The position numbers were made by a program, and so were the translations under genes. The notes under the pieces were generated by a model. The model worked only from the letters and a program-made list of their open reading frames with translations, did not search any database and had not been told where the DNA came from. 64,000 nucleotides of DNA from a bacterium (lineage in GTDB: Bacteria; Bacteroidota; Ignavibacteria; Kapaibacteriales; UBA7675). The stretch spans positions 6,250 to 70,249 of the forward strand of contig JAUIKM010000009.1 in NCBI GenBank assembly GCA_030430495.1, written 5' to 3'. Shown here one piece after another: positions 49,772 through 58,775 of this stretch; the first letter of the stretch is position 1; each line of letters opens with the position of its first letter.

Positions 49772-50433
49772 GTACTTTTGAATCGATTCTGGTTTCGATA
49801 GCAAGCGCGGCGGTGGGCTATATGCTCGGCGCTATTCCGACGGCCTGGCTTGTTATGCGCCGCGCATTGGGACGCGACATCCGCAGCGAGGGCTCGCACA
49901 ACGTCGGCACGCGCAATTTTTACGAGGTTTCCGGCTCAAAATGGCTGAGTGTGGCAGTACTGCTGGGCGATGCGCTCAAGGGCGCGGCGGCCGTCTGGTT
50001 CGGCATATTCATTTCGCCCGACGACTTTCTGGGCGCGGGCGTGGCGGCCTTTTTTGCGGTGGTCGGGCACAACTACAACATTTTCATCCGCGCGGGCGGG
50101 CGCGGCCTGGCTACGGCGGCGGGCGCGGCGCTGGCGATGAATCCGCTGCCGCTGGTACTTTTCCTGCTGATGTACGTTACCGGTTTTTATATTATTCGCC
50201 GCAACGTGCACATCGCGACGGTCATCGGCGCGCTCGGCATGGCTACGCTGTTGTTCAACACGCCGCAGCCGATTATCGAGTACATTCAGTTTGCGCCGCT
50301 CGAATACGTGTCCCAGTTCAAGGTCGCCTGGACGGCCATCGCGCTGCTGGTGGTCGTCAAAAACATCGAGCCGATCCGCGAGCTCGTCGGCGCAAATCGC
50401 GAAGCCGACGAGGAGTCGATCAGGAATAATTGA
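49768..50433 (+). CDS. plsY: Glycerol-3-phosphate acyltransferase PlsY.
   Basis: GSHNVGTRN (a variant of the PlsY GSGNxGATN motif). 5-6 TM helices over about 220 aa. Confidence 0.85.
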   Translation: MSTFESILVSIASAAVGYMLGAIPTAWLVMRRALGRDIRSEGSHNVGTRNFYEVSGSKWLSVAVLLGDALKGAAAVWFGIFISPDDFLGAGVAAFFAVVGHNYNIFIRAGGRGLATAAGAALAMNPLPLVLFLLMYVTGFYIIRRNVHIATVIGALGMATLLFNTPQPIIEYIQFAPLEYVSQFKVAWTAIALLVVVKNIEPIRELVGANREADEESIRNN

Positions 50434-50727
50434 GCGGCGCATCATCGCCGGAATCACCTGCCTATGATCCAGCAAATCACATATCTGCGAAACGCCCTGC
50501 GCCGTTTGTTCCTGACGGTCATGGTCTGTTACGTCATGGCCGTGCGCTCGGCCGTGCTGCCGCCGGGCGCGCTGCGTGAGACCGCGCCGATTGTCTTCCA
50601 CCTGGAGAATCCACCCGACTACGCGCGCCGCAAACCCGCCAAAAGGCATCACCTGCAGGGCCGCCGCCACTTGCAGGCCATCATTTGAGCGCCATCCGAC
50701 CGACCGGGGTCAGACGGGGCCAAATTC

Positions 50728-52344
50728 GTGACCACGCCCGCGGCGCTAAAAATTGTAAATTTGCAGCGTGAATCCGGAGGGTGGAACGACAGATCGTTCC
50801 GCGTGTACTGCCTTCCAAAGAGACCCGGCCATCATATTCATGGTTCTACGTTGAGCGACAATCAAGAAGCGGCTGCGGGCGCAGGGGCGGGGCGGACAAT
50901 CCTGGCCGGCTCGGCGGTGGTGTTTGCCGCGCAGATGATCAACACACTCCTGATGATCCTTGCGCAGCGCGCCATCCTCTCGACCCTGCCCAAGGACGCC
51001 AACGGCGATTTCTACTGGGTGCAGCGCTTCGTCGACCTGGCCATCGTCGTGTTTGTCGAGCTCGGCATGGCGCAGGTGGCCGGACGCATGATCATCCACC
51101 AGCCGCATCGCGCCGACGACATCATGGGAACCTTCATCAAGCTGCGCATGATGCTGTGGCTGCTGGTGTCCGCCGCCACGCTGGGCGCAATCCTCTTCTA
51201 CAAACCTGGCGTTGTTGACCTTACCCTGCTCACTCTGCTTTTTTACCTGGTGGCCGGACGCACCGGCGTCATGCGCATGGTGTTTGAGACGCGCCGCCGC
51301 GCACGCACGGACCTGACGCTGATCTCGGCTTTGTCCGTCCTGGACATGCTGCTCTTCACAACACTCGTCATCTTCGACCAGTCCAGCCTGACGCCGGAGC
51401 GCGTCATGCTGTGGATGCTGCTGGCCGCCCTGCCCGGTTTTGTCTGGATGGTCCTGGTCTCGGGCGACGTCAAACGCATCTTCAGCAATTTCAGTCTGGA
51501 TATCGCGCGGCAGTTCCTGCGCGAATGCGCGCCGATTTTCATGGCCGGCATTTTCATGCAGGTGGCCGAAAAGGCCGAGATCTTCTTTTTTGACCTGTAC
51601 TCAACCAGCACGGAGACCGGCATTTACGGCGCGGCCTCCAAGGTCTACCTGCCTTTTCTGGTCGTCGTCGTGTCGTTCACCACCGGTCTCTACGCCTCGG
51701 TGGCGCGTTTTCACAGGGAGGACCCGGAGCGCGCCAACCGCATGATTTATCGCGGTTTAAAGGTGTTGCTCCTCCTGGCCGTGGGCTTCTCGATGCTGAC
51801 GAGCGCGGCCGCGCCGTGGATTATTCACTTCCTGACAAAAGATCAATACGCGGACAATCTGGTGCATTTTCAGTTGTTCCCGTGGACGTCCTTCGCCGTT
51901 TTTGTCGTGCACTACGTGATGTTCATGCACATCACGATCGGCACACAGCGGCGCAACAACTGGATTGCCATCGCCCTGCTGGTCTCCAGCGCGGCGGCGC
52001 ACATCGTGTTTACCTCGCAGTTTGAAGCGCTCGGCGCCATCGTCGCGCGCCTCGTCGCCAACCTGATTACGGCGGGCGTGGCGCTCTACACCCTGCGCGA
52101 CGTTTTCAACGGCGAGCGCCTGCGCGGCCTGCTGCTCAACGTAGGCGCGCTGGCGCTGATTTCCGCCGCGGCAACGTGGTACGGACTGCAAATCCTGCCG
52201 ACCGCGGCGGCTGTTCTGGCGGCATTGCCTATCTTTGTGCTTTTTGTCGTGCTGACGCGCGCCGTCGACAAACAGGACGTCGACCTGGCCCGCAGCATCT
52301 TCCAGGGCGTGCTGAACAAACTGGGAATCAAGGGAGGCCGGTAG
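50728..52344 (+). CDS. Wzx-like polysaccharide flippase (MOP / polysaccharide biosynthesis protein family).
   Basis: About 12-14 TM helices, typical of Wzx-family flippases. The start is uncertain: the first roughly 40 codons from the GTG at 50728 are not membrane-protein-like. The TTG at 50851 (MSDNQEAAAGAG...) is an alternative. Confidence 0.7.
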   Translation: MTTPAALKIVNLQRESGGWNDRSFRVYCLPKRPGHHIHGSTLSDNQEAAAGAGAGRTILAGSAVVFAAQMINTLLMILAQRAILSTLPKDANGDFYWVQRFVDLAIVVFVELGMAQVAGRMIIHQPHRADDIMGTFIKLRMMLWLLVSAATLGAILFYKPGVVDLTLLTLLFYLVAGRTGVMRMVFETRRRARTDLTLISALSVLDMLLFTTLVIFDQSSLTPERVMLWMLLAALPGFVWMVLVSGDVKRIFSNFSLDIARQFLRECAPIFMAGIFMQVAEKAEIFFFDLYSTSTETGIYGAASKVYLPFLVVVVSFTTGLYASVARFHREDPERANRMIYRGLKVLLLLAVGFSMLTSAAAPWIIHFLTKDQYADNLVHFQLFPWTSFAVFVVHYVMFMHITIGTQRRNNWIAIALLVSSAAAHIVFTSQFEALGAIVARLVANLITAGVALYTLRDVFNGERLRGLLLNVGALALISAAATWYGLQILPTAAAVLAALPIFVLFVVLTRAVDKQDVDLARSIFQGVLNKLGIKGGR

Positions 52345-52352
52345 AAGCCGAG

Positions 52353-53861
52353 GTGTCGACACTTTCCGCAGACAAAGCCGATGTACGCAGCCGCCGCATT
52401 CGCGGACGGCGCCTGGCCGAATGGACGCCCAGCGTGTTCCAGTTTCTGGCGGACGTCGTGGCGATGATCGGCTCGGTGCTGCCCTACTACTGGCTCAAAT
52501 TTTTCTCCGGCTGGTTTGAAACGGAAACGCCGGCGCACGTGGCTTCCAACCCGCTGCTGATTGCCTTCACGGTGGTGGGCCTCTCGCTCTTCTGGATTGT
52601 GCTGTTCTGGTTTGCCGGGCTGTACAAAAATTGGTTCGTGCGCTCGCCCTTTGAAGAACTCTTCTCGGTCGTCAAACTGACCATCGTCGGCTGTTTCATA
52701 TTGTTCGCGGCGATTCTGTGGGATGACAACTTCGGCTCCTCGCTCAACTCGCGGCTGATCATACTCGTGTACTGGCTGCTCGTTTCACTCTCGGTGATGT
52801 TCGGCCGTTTGACGGCGCGGGCGGTGCAGCGCCGTCTGCGCGAACGCGGCATTATTCGCATTCCGGCTATTCTGGTCGGCTGTGCCGACAAAGTCGCCGA
52901 TTTGTACCGCTCGCTCAAGTCCGCGCCGGCGCTCGGTTACCTTCCGCTGGGTGTTGTGTTACAGCCTTCGGCCGCAGACAGCGAAAACGCCGAGCGCGAC
53001 GCAGCCGCGCGCGACGAACTGCGCGACCTGGAAGATCTGGGATCGCCGGCTAACCTTGGAAAAATTCTGGAAGACAAGCGCCCGCGCGAAGTCCTCATGG
53101 CAATCGGCCGGATAAGTCACGACGACCTGCTGGACCTGGCGTCCACCTGCAGCGCCAAGAACGTTCAAGTGAAAATTGTGCCCGATCTGTACGAAATTTT
53201 TTCCGGTCAGGCGCGCACGATGCAAATTTACGGGACGCCGCTGATCGAGGTCAGCCCGCAGCTGATGAAACCCTGGGAGGAAGTCGCCAAGCGCCTGCTC
53301 GACATCCTCGTCAGTCTGGGCGTCCTTGTCGTCGGCCTGCCGCTCTGGGTAATGGTGGCCATCCTGATCCGCCTGGATTCGCCCGGCCCGATTCTGTACT
53401 CACAGACGCGGGTGGGACGCGACGGCCGCAATTTTACGCTGCACAAGTTCCGTTCGATGTACACGGATGCCGAAAAACACGGCCCGCAGTGGGCCAAAAT
53501 GAACGATCCGCGGGTGTCGCGTGTAGGCCGATTTATTCGCAAAACGCACATCGACGAGTTTCCGCAGTTCTGGAACGTCTTGCGCGGCGAAATGAGCATG
53601 GTGGGACCGCGGCCCGAACGCCCCTACTACGTTGAAAAATTTACCGAGGCGATTCCGTATTACCCGCGGCGTCTGAAGGTGCGGCCCGGCATTACCGGCT
53701 GGCACCAGGTCAAATACGTCACGTACGACGAAACGCTGAAGGACGTGCGCGAGCGGCTGCGCTACGACTTTTTCTACATCGAAAACATGTCGTTTAAACT
53801 CGACCTGGAAATCCTGGCGCGGACTGTCTTCCGCGTGCTCAAGGGGCATGGCCAGGCCTGA
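52353..53861 (+). CDS. Polyprenyl (undecaprenyl)-phosphate sugar phosphotransferase (WbaP/CpsE-type priming enzyme).
   Basis: C-terminal catalytic domain RLDSPGPILYSQTRVGRDGRNFTLHKFRSM...DEFPQFWNVLRGEMSMVGPRPE...RPGITGWHQV. N-terminal TM block plus a CoA-binding-like linker. Candidate GTG start at 52353. The track ORF starts at 52176, overlapping the flippase. Confidence 0.8.
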   Translation: MSTLSADKADVRSRRIRGRRLAEWTPSVFQFLADVVAMIGSVLPYYWLKFFSGWFETETPAHVASNPLLIAFTVVGLSLFWIVLFWFAGLYKNWFVRSPFEELFSVVKLTIVGCFILFAAILWDDNFGSSLNSRLIILVYWLLVSLSVMFGRLTARAVQRRLRERGIIRIPAILVGCADKVADLYRSLKSAPALGYLPLGVVLQPSAADSENAERDAAARDELRDLEDLGSPANLGKILEDKRPREVLMAIGRISHDDLLDLASTCSAKNVQVKIVPDLYEIFSGQARTMQIYGTPLIEVSPQLMKPWEEVAKRLLDILVSLGVLVVGLPLWVMVAILIRLDSPGPILYSQTRVGRDGRNFTLHKFRSMYTDAEKHGPQWAKMNDPRVSRVGRFIRKTHIDEFPQFWNVLRGEMSMVGPRPERPYYVEKFTEAIPYYPRRLKVRPGITGWHQVKYVTYDETLKDVRERLRYDFFYIENMSFKLDLEILARTVFRVLKGHGQA

Positions 53862-53895
53862 GCGCGCACGCGCCGGCCGATTATCTGGAACAGCG

Positions 53896-54636
53896 ATGAA
53901 AGCACTTGTCGTCATACCCACATACGATGAAAAAGACAACATCCGCGCGATTATCAGCGCCGTGCTGGCCGTGGACGAACGCCTCGAAATTCTGGTGGTG
54001 GACGACAGCTCGCCCGACGGCACGGGGCAGATCGTCAGGGACATGCAGGCCGCGGGTGAGAGCCGCCTGCACCTGAAGGAACGCGCCGGCAAGATGGGCC
54101 TCGGCACCGCCTACGTGGCCGGTTTTGGATATGCGCTGCAACGCGACTACGACTTCGTGTTTGAAATGGACGCCGACTTTTCGCACGACCCCAAAGAGCT
54201 CAAAAACTTCCTGGAAAAAATCGAAGACGCGGACCTGGTGCTCGGCTCGCGTTACATCAAAGGCGTCAACGTCGTCAACTGGCCGATGTCGCGCCTGCTG
54301 CTCTCCTACTTTGCCAACCTGTACACGCGCATCGTGACGGGCATGCCGGTCAAAGATGCGACGGGCGGCTTCAAGTGTTTCCGCGCCGCGACGCTGCGAG
54401 CCATCGACTTTTCGGACATCAAGTCCAACGGCTACGCCTTCCAGATTGAAATGACCTTCAAAGCCTGGCAGGCCGGCGCGCGCATCGTCGAAATCCCGAT
54501 CATTTTTGTCGACCGGCGCTCGGGCGTCTCCAAGATGAGTAAAAACATCATCTACGAAGCCGCCTTCCTGGTCTGGAAACTCAAAATTTCTTCCCTCTTC
54601 GGCAAACGGCGGCGCAGCAGACTGCCGACCAATTGA
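53896..54636 (+). CDS. Polyprenol-phosphate mannose (or hexose) synthase, GT2 Dpm1-like.
   Basis: MKALVVIPTYDEKDNI...ILVVDDSSPDGTGQIV...FEMDADFSHDP, the Dpm1 / ArnC / GtrB-type DAD motif region. 246 aa with no TM anchor. Confidence 0.8.
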   Translation: MKALVVIPTYDEKDNIRAIISAVLAVDERLEILVVDDSSPDGTGQIVRDMQAAGESRLHLKERAGKMGLGTAYVAGFGYALQRDYDFVFEMDADFSHDPKELKNFLEKIEDADLVLGSRYIKGVNVVNWPMSRLLLSYFANLYTRIVTGMPVKDATGGFKCFRAATLRAIDFSDIKSNGYAFQIEMTFKAWQAGARIVEIPIIFVDRRSGVSKMSKNIIYEAAFLVWKLKISSLFGKRRRSRLPTN

Positions 54637-54717
54637 AACGGGACGCGTGGAGCGGCGAACAGGCTCCGGAAATTTTTTCAGCGGCGGCAACAGCCGCCCG
54701 GTTTTGATGCAGCACTT

Positions 54718-56226
54718 ATGAACGTCGACGCCCTGCAAAACACCTGGAACGAATTACGCCGCAACCCGCCATTGCAGTGGTGGGCGGGCATTCTTTTCGG
54801 AGCCGTCCTGGCCGCGATCCTGATCGGCGCGTTTTTTAACAGCCGCGTGCTCTACCTGGCCGCCGGAGCGTTTGTCGCTTTCCCGCTCGTGGCGATCATG
54901 TCGCGCTACCCGCAGGCCTGGATCTTCAGCGTCGTGGCGCTGCACGCCGTCTGGCTGCGCACGAGCGACAAAGGGCTGAGCCTGGTGGAAATTGCCATCG
55001 TCGGTTTTTTCTTCGGCAGCCTCAGCCTGTGGTTCCTGTGGCAATTTGTGGTCAAACGCAAGCGCCTGGTGCGCCACGCCGGCGACCTGCTGATATTGAT
55101 AGCCTCCGGTCTGGCCGTCCTCAACCTGGGCGTGGCGTACTACCGCGAAGTTCTCATCCTGGAGTGGTTCCGGCAGTTCCTGCTCTGGGCCATGATCCTC
55201 TACTACTTCCCGATACGCGAGTACATCACCACCGACAAACGCCTGCGCATCTTCTTTTACATTCTGCTGGGCGTGTTTTGCGTGGTCGGCGTGCAGACGG
55301 TGCAGGCGTATATTCGCGCCACGACGGACATCGTCTACGCCTACGAGCTGGTCTCGGCGCGTTCGGCGCTGACGGAAATGGCGCTGGTGGCCGCGACCAT
55401 CGGCTGCGCCGGCGCATTGCTTTTTGCGCGGCGACTGATCAGCAATATTTTCTCGCTGGGACTGACGGTCTTTTTCTTCAGCTGCCTCGTGGCCACCTTC
55501 TCGCGCAGTTTCTGGGCGGCGACGATGATGAGCCTGGGCATGCTGTATGTCTTTTCGCGTGCGCGGCAGCGAGCCAAGATTCTGGTCATGTCGCTCATCG
55601 GCGTGGCGATCGCAATTTTCGGCATCCTCACTTTTGTGGGCGAGGACAAAGCCGAGCTTTTTCTGGGGATGTTGCAGTCGCGCTTTGAGTCGATATTTTC
55701 GCCCACCAAATCCGTCTCGCTGGAAGCGCGCGGCAGCGAGTCGGCTGAGCTGGTCAAACTCATTCCGGAGTCGCCGATGCTCGGTTTTGGCTTCGGCGCG
55801 ACCTTCATGTTTTACGACCCGATTTTCAACACCTACGCCGTCGGCAACTTCATTCACAACGGCTACCTCTACCTGGCATTCAAGCTGGGCATACCGACGG
55901 CGCTGCTCTTTCTGGCGGGACTGATTATTCACCTCTGGCGCGCCATTCCACTTTTCCGGCGGGTGCACGACCCGCTCCTGCGCTACGCCCTGATGGTGTC
56001 CTTCGCCTGTTTGTCCGCCGAATTGATGGTCAGTTATTTCGGCAACCAGTTTGCCTTCCGCGAGGGCGTTTTCCTCTACGCCATCAACCTGGCGCTGATT
56101 TCGATTGTCGAACGCCGCGTGGATCAAACTGAAACGGGCGGCAAAACGCTGGACCGCGTGCTTCCGTTGCTGCCGGCGGGCAGACAGAAAGCACTTCAGG
56201 CGGCTTCCACGAACACAACACCCTGA
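54718..56226 (+). CDS. O-antigen ligase / Wzy-like polymerase family membrane protein.
   Basis: About 12 TM helices. Wzy_C-like region FSRSFWAATMMSL ... large periplasmic loop ... NFIHNGYLYLAFKLGIPT (H-N-x-Y-L motif). Confidence 0.7.
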   Translation: MNVDALQNTWNELRRNPPLQWWAGILFGAVLAAILIGAFFNSRVLYLAAGAFVAFPLVAIMSRYPQAWIFSVVALHAVWLRTSDKGLSLVEIAIVGFFFGSLSLWFLWQFVVKRKRLVRHAGDLLILIASGLAVLNLGVAYYREVLILEWFRQFLLWAMILYYFPIREYITTDKRLRIFFYILLGVFCVVGVQTVQAYIRATTDIVYAYELVSARSALTEMALVAATIGCAGALLFARRLISNIFSLGLTVFFFSCLVATFSRSFWAATMMSLGMLYVFSRARQRAKILVMSLIGVAIAIFGILTFVGEDKAELFLGMLQSRFESIFSPTKSVSLEARGSESAELVKLIPESPMLGFGFGATFMFYDPIFNTYAVGNFIHNGYLYLAFKLGIPTALLFLAGLIIHLWRAIPLFRRVHDPLLRYALMVSFACLSAELMVSYFGNQFAFREGVFLYAINLALISIVERRVDQTETGGKTLDRVLPLLPAGRQKALQAASTNTTP

Positions 56227-56317
56227 CGAGCACGCAAAGGCGCCGACGTCTTCACCTGGTTAACAGGGTGTGGAACGCGCGCCTTGACACTTCCTCTTTT
56301 GCGCATTTTAAACAGCC

Positions 56318-56412
56318 TCTTTTGTTTGTCACCGGGTTTGAAGCCGGAAGACTTCGGGGCTGTTAACAGACTCGCAGGTTTGGAGCTTAAAACTCGCTGA
56401 CAAACAAGAGGG
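56318..56412. mobile_element. MITE/REP-like element with imperfect about-16-bp terminal inverted repeats of CCTCTT(TT)GTTTGTCA.
   Basis: The left end is CCTCTTTTGTTTGTCACCGGGTTTGAAG. The right end is GCTGACAAACAAGAGG, which is the reverse complement of CCTCTTGTTTGTCAGC. The left arm matches the right arm of the 13388..13592 element. Confidence 0.5.
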
Positions 56413-56570
56413 AAAAGCAAGCCGCCCGCAGAGCGGAGGCGAAGCGCTCAAACCTCAGACAATCAGCAATACCGATTCAATCAAACCTTAAACACATCGG
56501 CAAACGGCAGATCCGGACCGCTTAAACAACGGCCCGGGCAAGTGGTGAACGCGGCAACAATCAGAGATAA

Positions 56571-56990
56571 TCAGGCGGCCTGGCGGTACTGCTCGGCATA
56601 GCGCTGAATCTGGGCCAGCAGGTCCTCCAGCCCGGTCGTGTGGTTGGCCGACTTAAACGCATCCATGTCCAGCTGCTGCACAAAATTCGGCGGTGAATCC
56701 AGAATCTCCTGCGGCGAACGGCTCGAATAAATGCGCATTAACATCGCAATAATGCCGCGCATCTGCATTGAGTCGCTGTAACATTCAAATTCGAGTTTGC
56801 CGTCGACGAAGTTAACATCGTGCCAGATAACCGTCTGGCAACTGACGAGGGTGCGTTCGGGTGTTTTTTTCTCTTCGGGGAACGGCGGCAGACTGCGCCC
56901 GAGCCTGACCATGTAACGAAAGCGCGCCTCAAAGTTTTCGAGGGCGTTAAACTCTTCCACAATCTGTTGTTGTACGTCGTTACAGGTCAT
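56571..56990 (-). CDS. sufE: SufE-family cysteine desulfuration / sulfur acceptor protein.
   Basis: 139 aa. LVSCQTVIWHDVNFVDGKLEFECYSDSMQMRGIIAML matches the SufE C-x-S-x-V-W core with a conserved Cys. Confidence 0.75.
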   Translation of the reverse strand: MTCNDVQQQIVEEFNALENFEARFRYMVRLGRSLPPFPEEKKTPERTLVSCQTVIWHDVNFVDGKLEFECYSDSMQMRGIIAMLMRIYSSRSPQEILDSPPNFVQQLDMDAFKSANHTTGLEDLLAQIQRYAEQYRQAA

Positions 56991-57137
56991 TGCTCTTTCT
57001 GATAATGGTTAAACAACGCGGCCAGGTCTGCGCCGACTCGTACGCAGGCCACAGGTACATCCGCCGAAACGGGCGGACAAATTACGGAATTTTCGGGAGA
57101 TGAACACGGTGACGTTCCGACGCGTCGGACGCTGCGC

Positions 57138-58775
57138 TCAGAAGTCTTCAAATGCAAATGCCAGGCTGAAATTGTGCGCCGCCGCGCCGTTGACGTTGTC
57201 GAGCCGGTAAACCGCGTGCACGTTAAAACCGCGAATAAACTCCCAGCCGGCCGCCAGCCCGAGTGCAAAGCGGCGTTCGACGTCGCCGTCCAGAAAAGGA
57301 CTGATTTCCGAGTCCTCGCTGCGGCGCGCCTGCAGCACATCGCCGCCGACATTTTTGATCAGCGTTACGCCGTCGGCCGCGTAGATATTGCGTCCGTGGC
57401 GACGGAAGGAAGCCTCGACGGTGACGGGATAACGACCGCCGTACCACCAGCGCATACGCGCCGCCAGCTGATCCGAGTTGGGCGGCAGAAAACCGCCGAG
57501 CTGAACCTGGTCATTTGTGATGGAATTCTGCACGTTGAAGTGGCTGTAGGTGTAGGGCCGCACGCGGCTGTACTCCAGCGCGGCGTCGAGCGGCAGGCGT
57601 GGAGCGAACATCAGGCCGACGTTCCAGGCGGTTTTGTTGCCGGAAAACTCATCGCCGATGCGGCCAAACTGCAGATCGTCCAGGAAAAAAGCGGCGCGCA
57701 GTTCCAGGCCGTCGAGCGGTCGAATCGTGGCGTCGAGGCCCAGGGCGCTGTTGTCGCGGTCGCGCAGCGAGTGTTCGATCGACTTGAAAAAGCTGAGCGG
57801 GTTCAAGTAGGCCAGGTCGAGGTTGCGGTCGCTGTACATCACCTGCTCGGTGAAGGAGACCTGGCCCCAGCCGGCGCGCAGCGCAAAGCGGTGGTACGCC
57901 ATGTACTTGGCCGGAATCAGCGCTTCGGGCCCAAACTGAAAACCGGTCTGCGGGCCGCCGACGAGCGAGGCGTGCGCAAAACGATAGGCGAAGTGTTCGA
58001 AATCGGCCTCAACGCTGAGTGCGTCCATCGGCGGCGCAAGATTGCCGATAAAAATGCGGTTGAAGTAACCCGCTCCGCTGAGCCGCCGCATGCGCGAGAT
58101 TGAAACGCCGAACCAGTCGCGCGCAAATCGCACATGCGACTCGGCGAAGTCAAAGTCGCTGTCCAGGTCGCCGAATTTGACGTTGGCGGACAGGCGCGGA
58201 TCTTCGAGCGCCAGGGACTTCTCACCTGAAATCGCCGCGCCGTTGGTGACCTGCAGGTAAAACCCGAGCATGTCGTCGACACTGCCGTGGAAACGCAGGC
58301 CGCCCTGCCCCAGCAGGACGCTGCGCGAGGAATCGGCGCTCTGCATGCGCTGCTCCACCGCTCCGAGCGGCTGCAGAAACATCCGCAGGCGGTCCGTACT
58401 GTCGTAGTAGACTGATTTTTCGCTGTCGCTGAAAAGACCGTCAAAAAAGAGGTCCTGCTGGTCGCCGTGCGCAAAGATGGCGGCGCGGCGCGATTCCGTC
58501 AGACCAAACTCGCGCTCAAACTGTTCGAGCAGACTGAGTTCGGCGGCATCCAGCCGGGTGGCTTCGGCACGCAGCGTCCGCAGCGCGGCGCTCACATGCC
58601 CGCGCGGCAGCGGCAGTTCCGCCAGTGAAAAATTACCGAGCAGACCGCGCGCCTGCATGCGCTCCAGCCAGGGATAGACCGGGTGTTCAATCGGCAGGTA
58701 CTCCACCTGCGCCGTCGCGGACGCGATCGTCAGGAGCGCCAGGACCGGCAGCAGCAGAATGCGAAGTCGGGTCAT
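57138..58775 (-). CDS. Outer-membrane beta-barrel protein, probably capsule-assembly Wzi family.
   Basis: Signal peptide MTRLRILLLPVLALLTIASATA. An early HPVYPWLERMQARGLL motif resembles the Wzi N-terminal helix. The C-terminus ends ...LAFAFEDF (aromatic-terminal OMP signature). It lies adjacent to a Wza-like exporter. The family call is from memory and tentative. Confidence 0.5.
   Translation of the reverse strand: MTRLRILLLPVLALLTIASATAQVEYLPIEHPVYPWLERMQARGLLGNFSLAELPLPRGHVSAALRTLRAEATRLDAAELSLLEQFEREFGLTESRRAAIFAHGDQQDLFFDGLFSDSEKSVYYDSTDRLRMFLQPLGAVEQRMQSADSSRSVLLGQGGLRFHGSVDDMLGFYLQVTNGAAISGEKSLALEDPRLSANVKFGDLDSDFDFAESHVRFARDWFGVSISRMRRLSGAGYFNRIFIGNLAPPMDALSVEADFEHFAYRFAHASLVGGPQTGFQFGPEALIPAKYMAYHRFALRAGWGQVSFTEQVMYSDRNLDLAYLNPLSFFKSIEHSLRDRDNSALGLDATIRPLDGLELRAAFFLDDLQFGRIGDEFSGNKTAWNVGLMFAPRLPLDAALEYSRVRPYTYSHFNVQNSITNDQVQLGGFLPPNSDQLAARMRWWYGGRYPVTVEASFRRHGRNIYAADGVTLIKNVGGDVLQARRSEDSEISPFLDGDVERRFALGLAAGWEFIRGFNVHAVYRLDNVNGAAAHNFSLAFAFEDF

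Noticed and set aside
50464-50688. 74-aa ORF between plsY and the flippase gene.
   Set aside because: No motifs and no clear RBS. It could be a real small membrane protein (there is one hydrophobic segment), but the evidence is insufficient.
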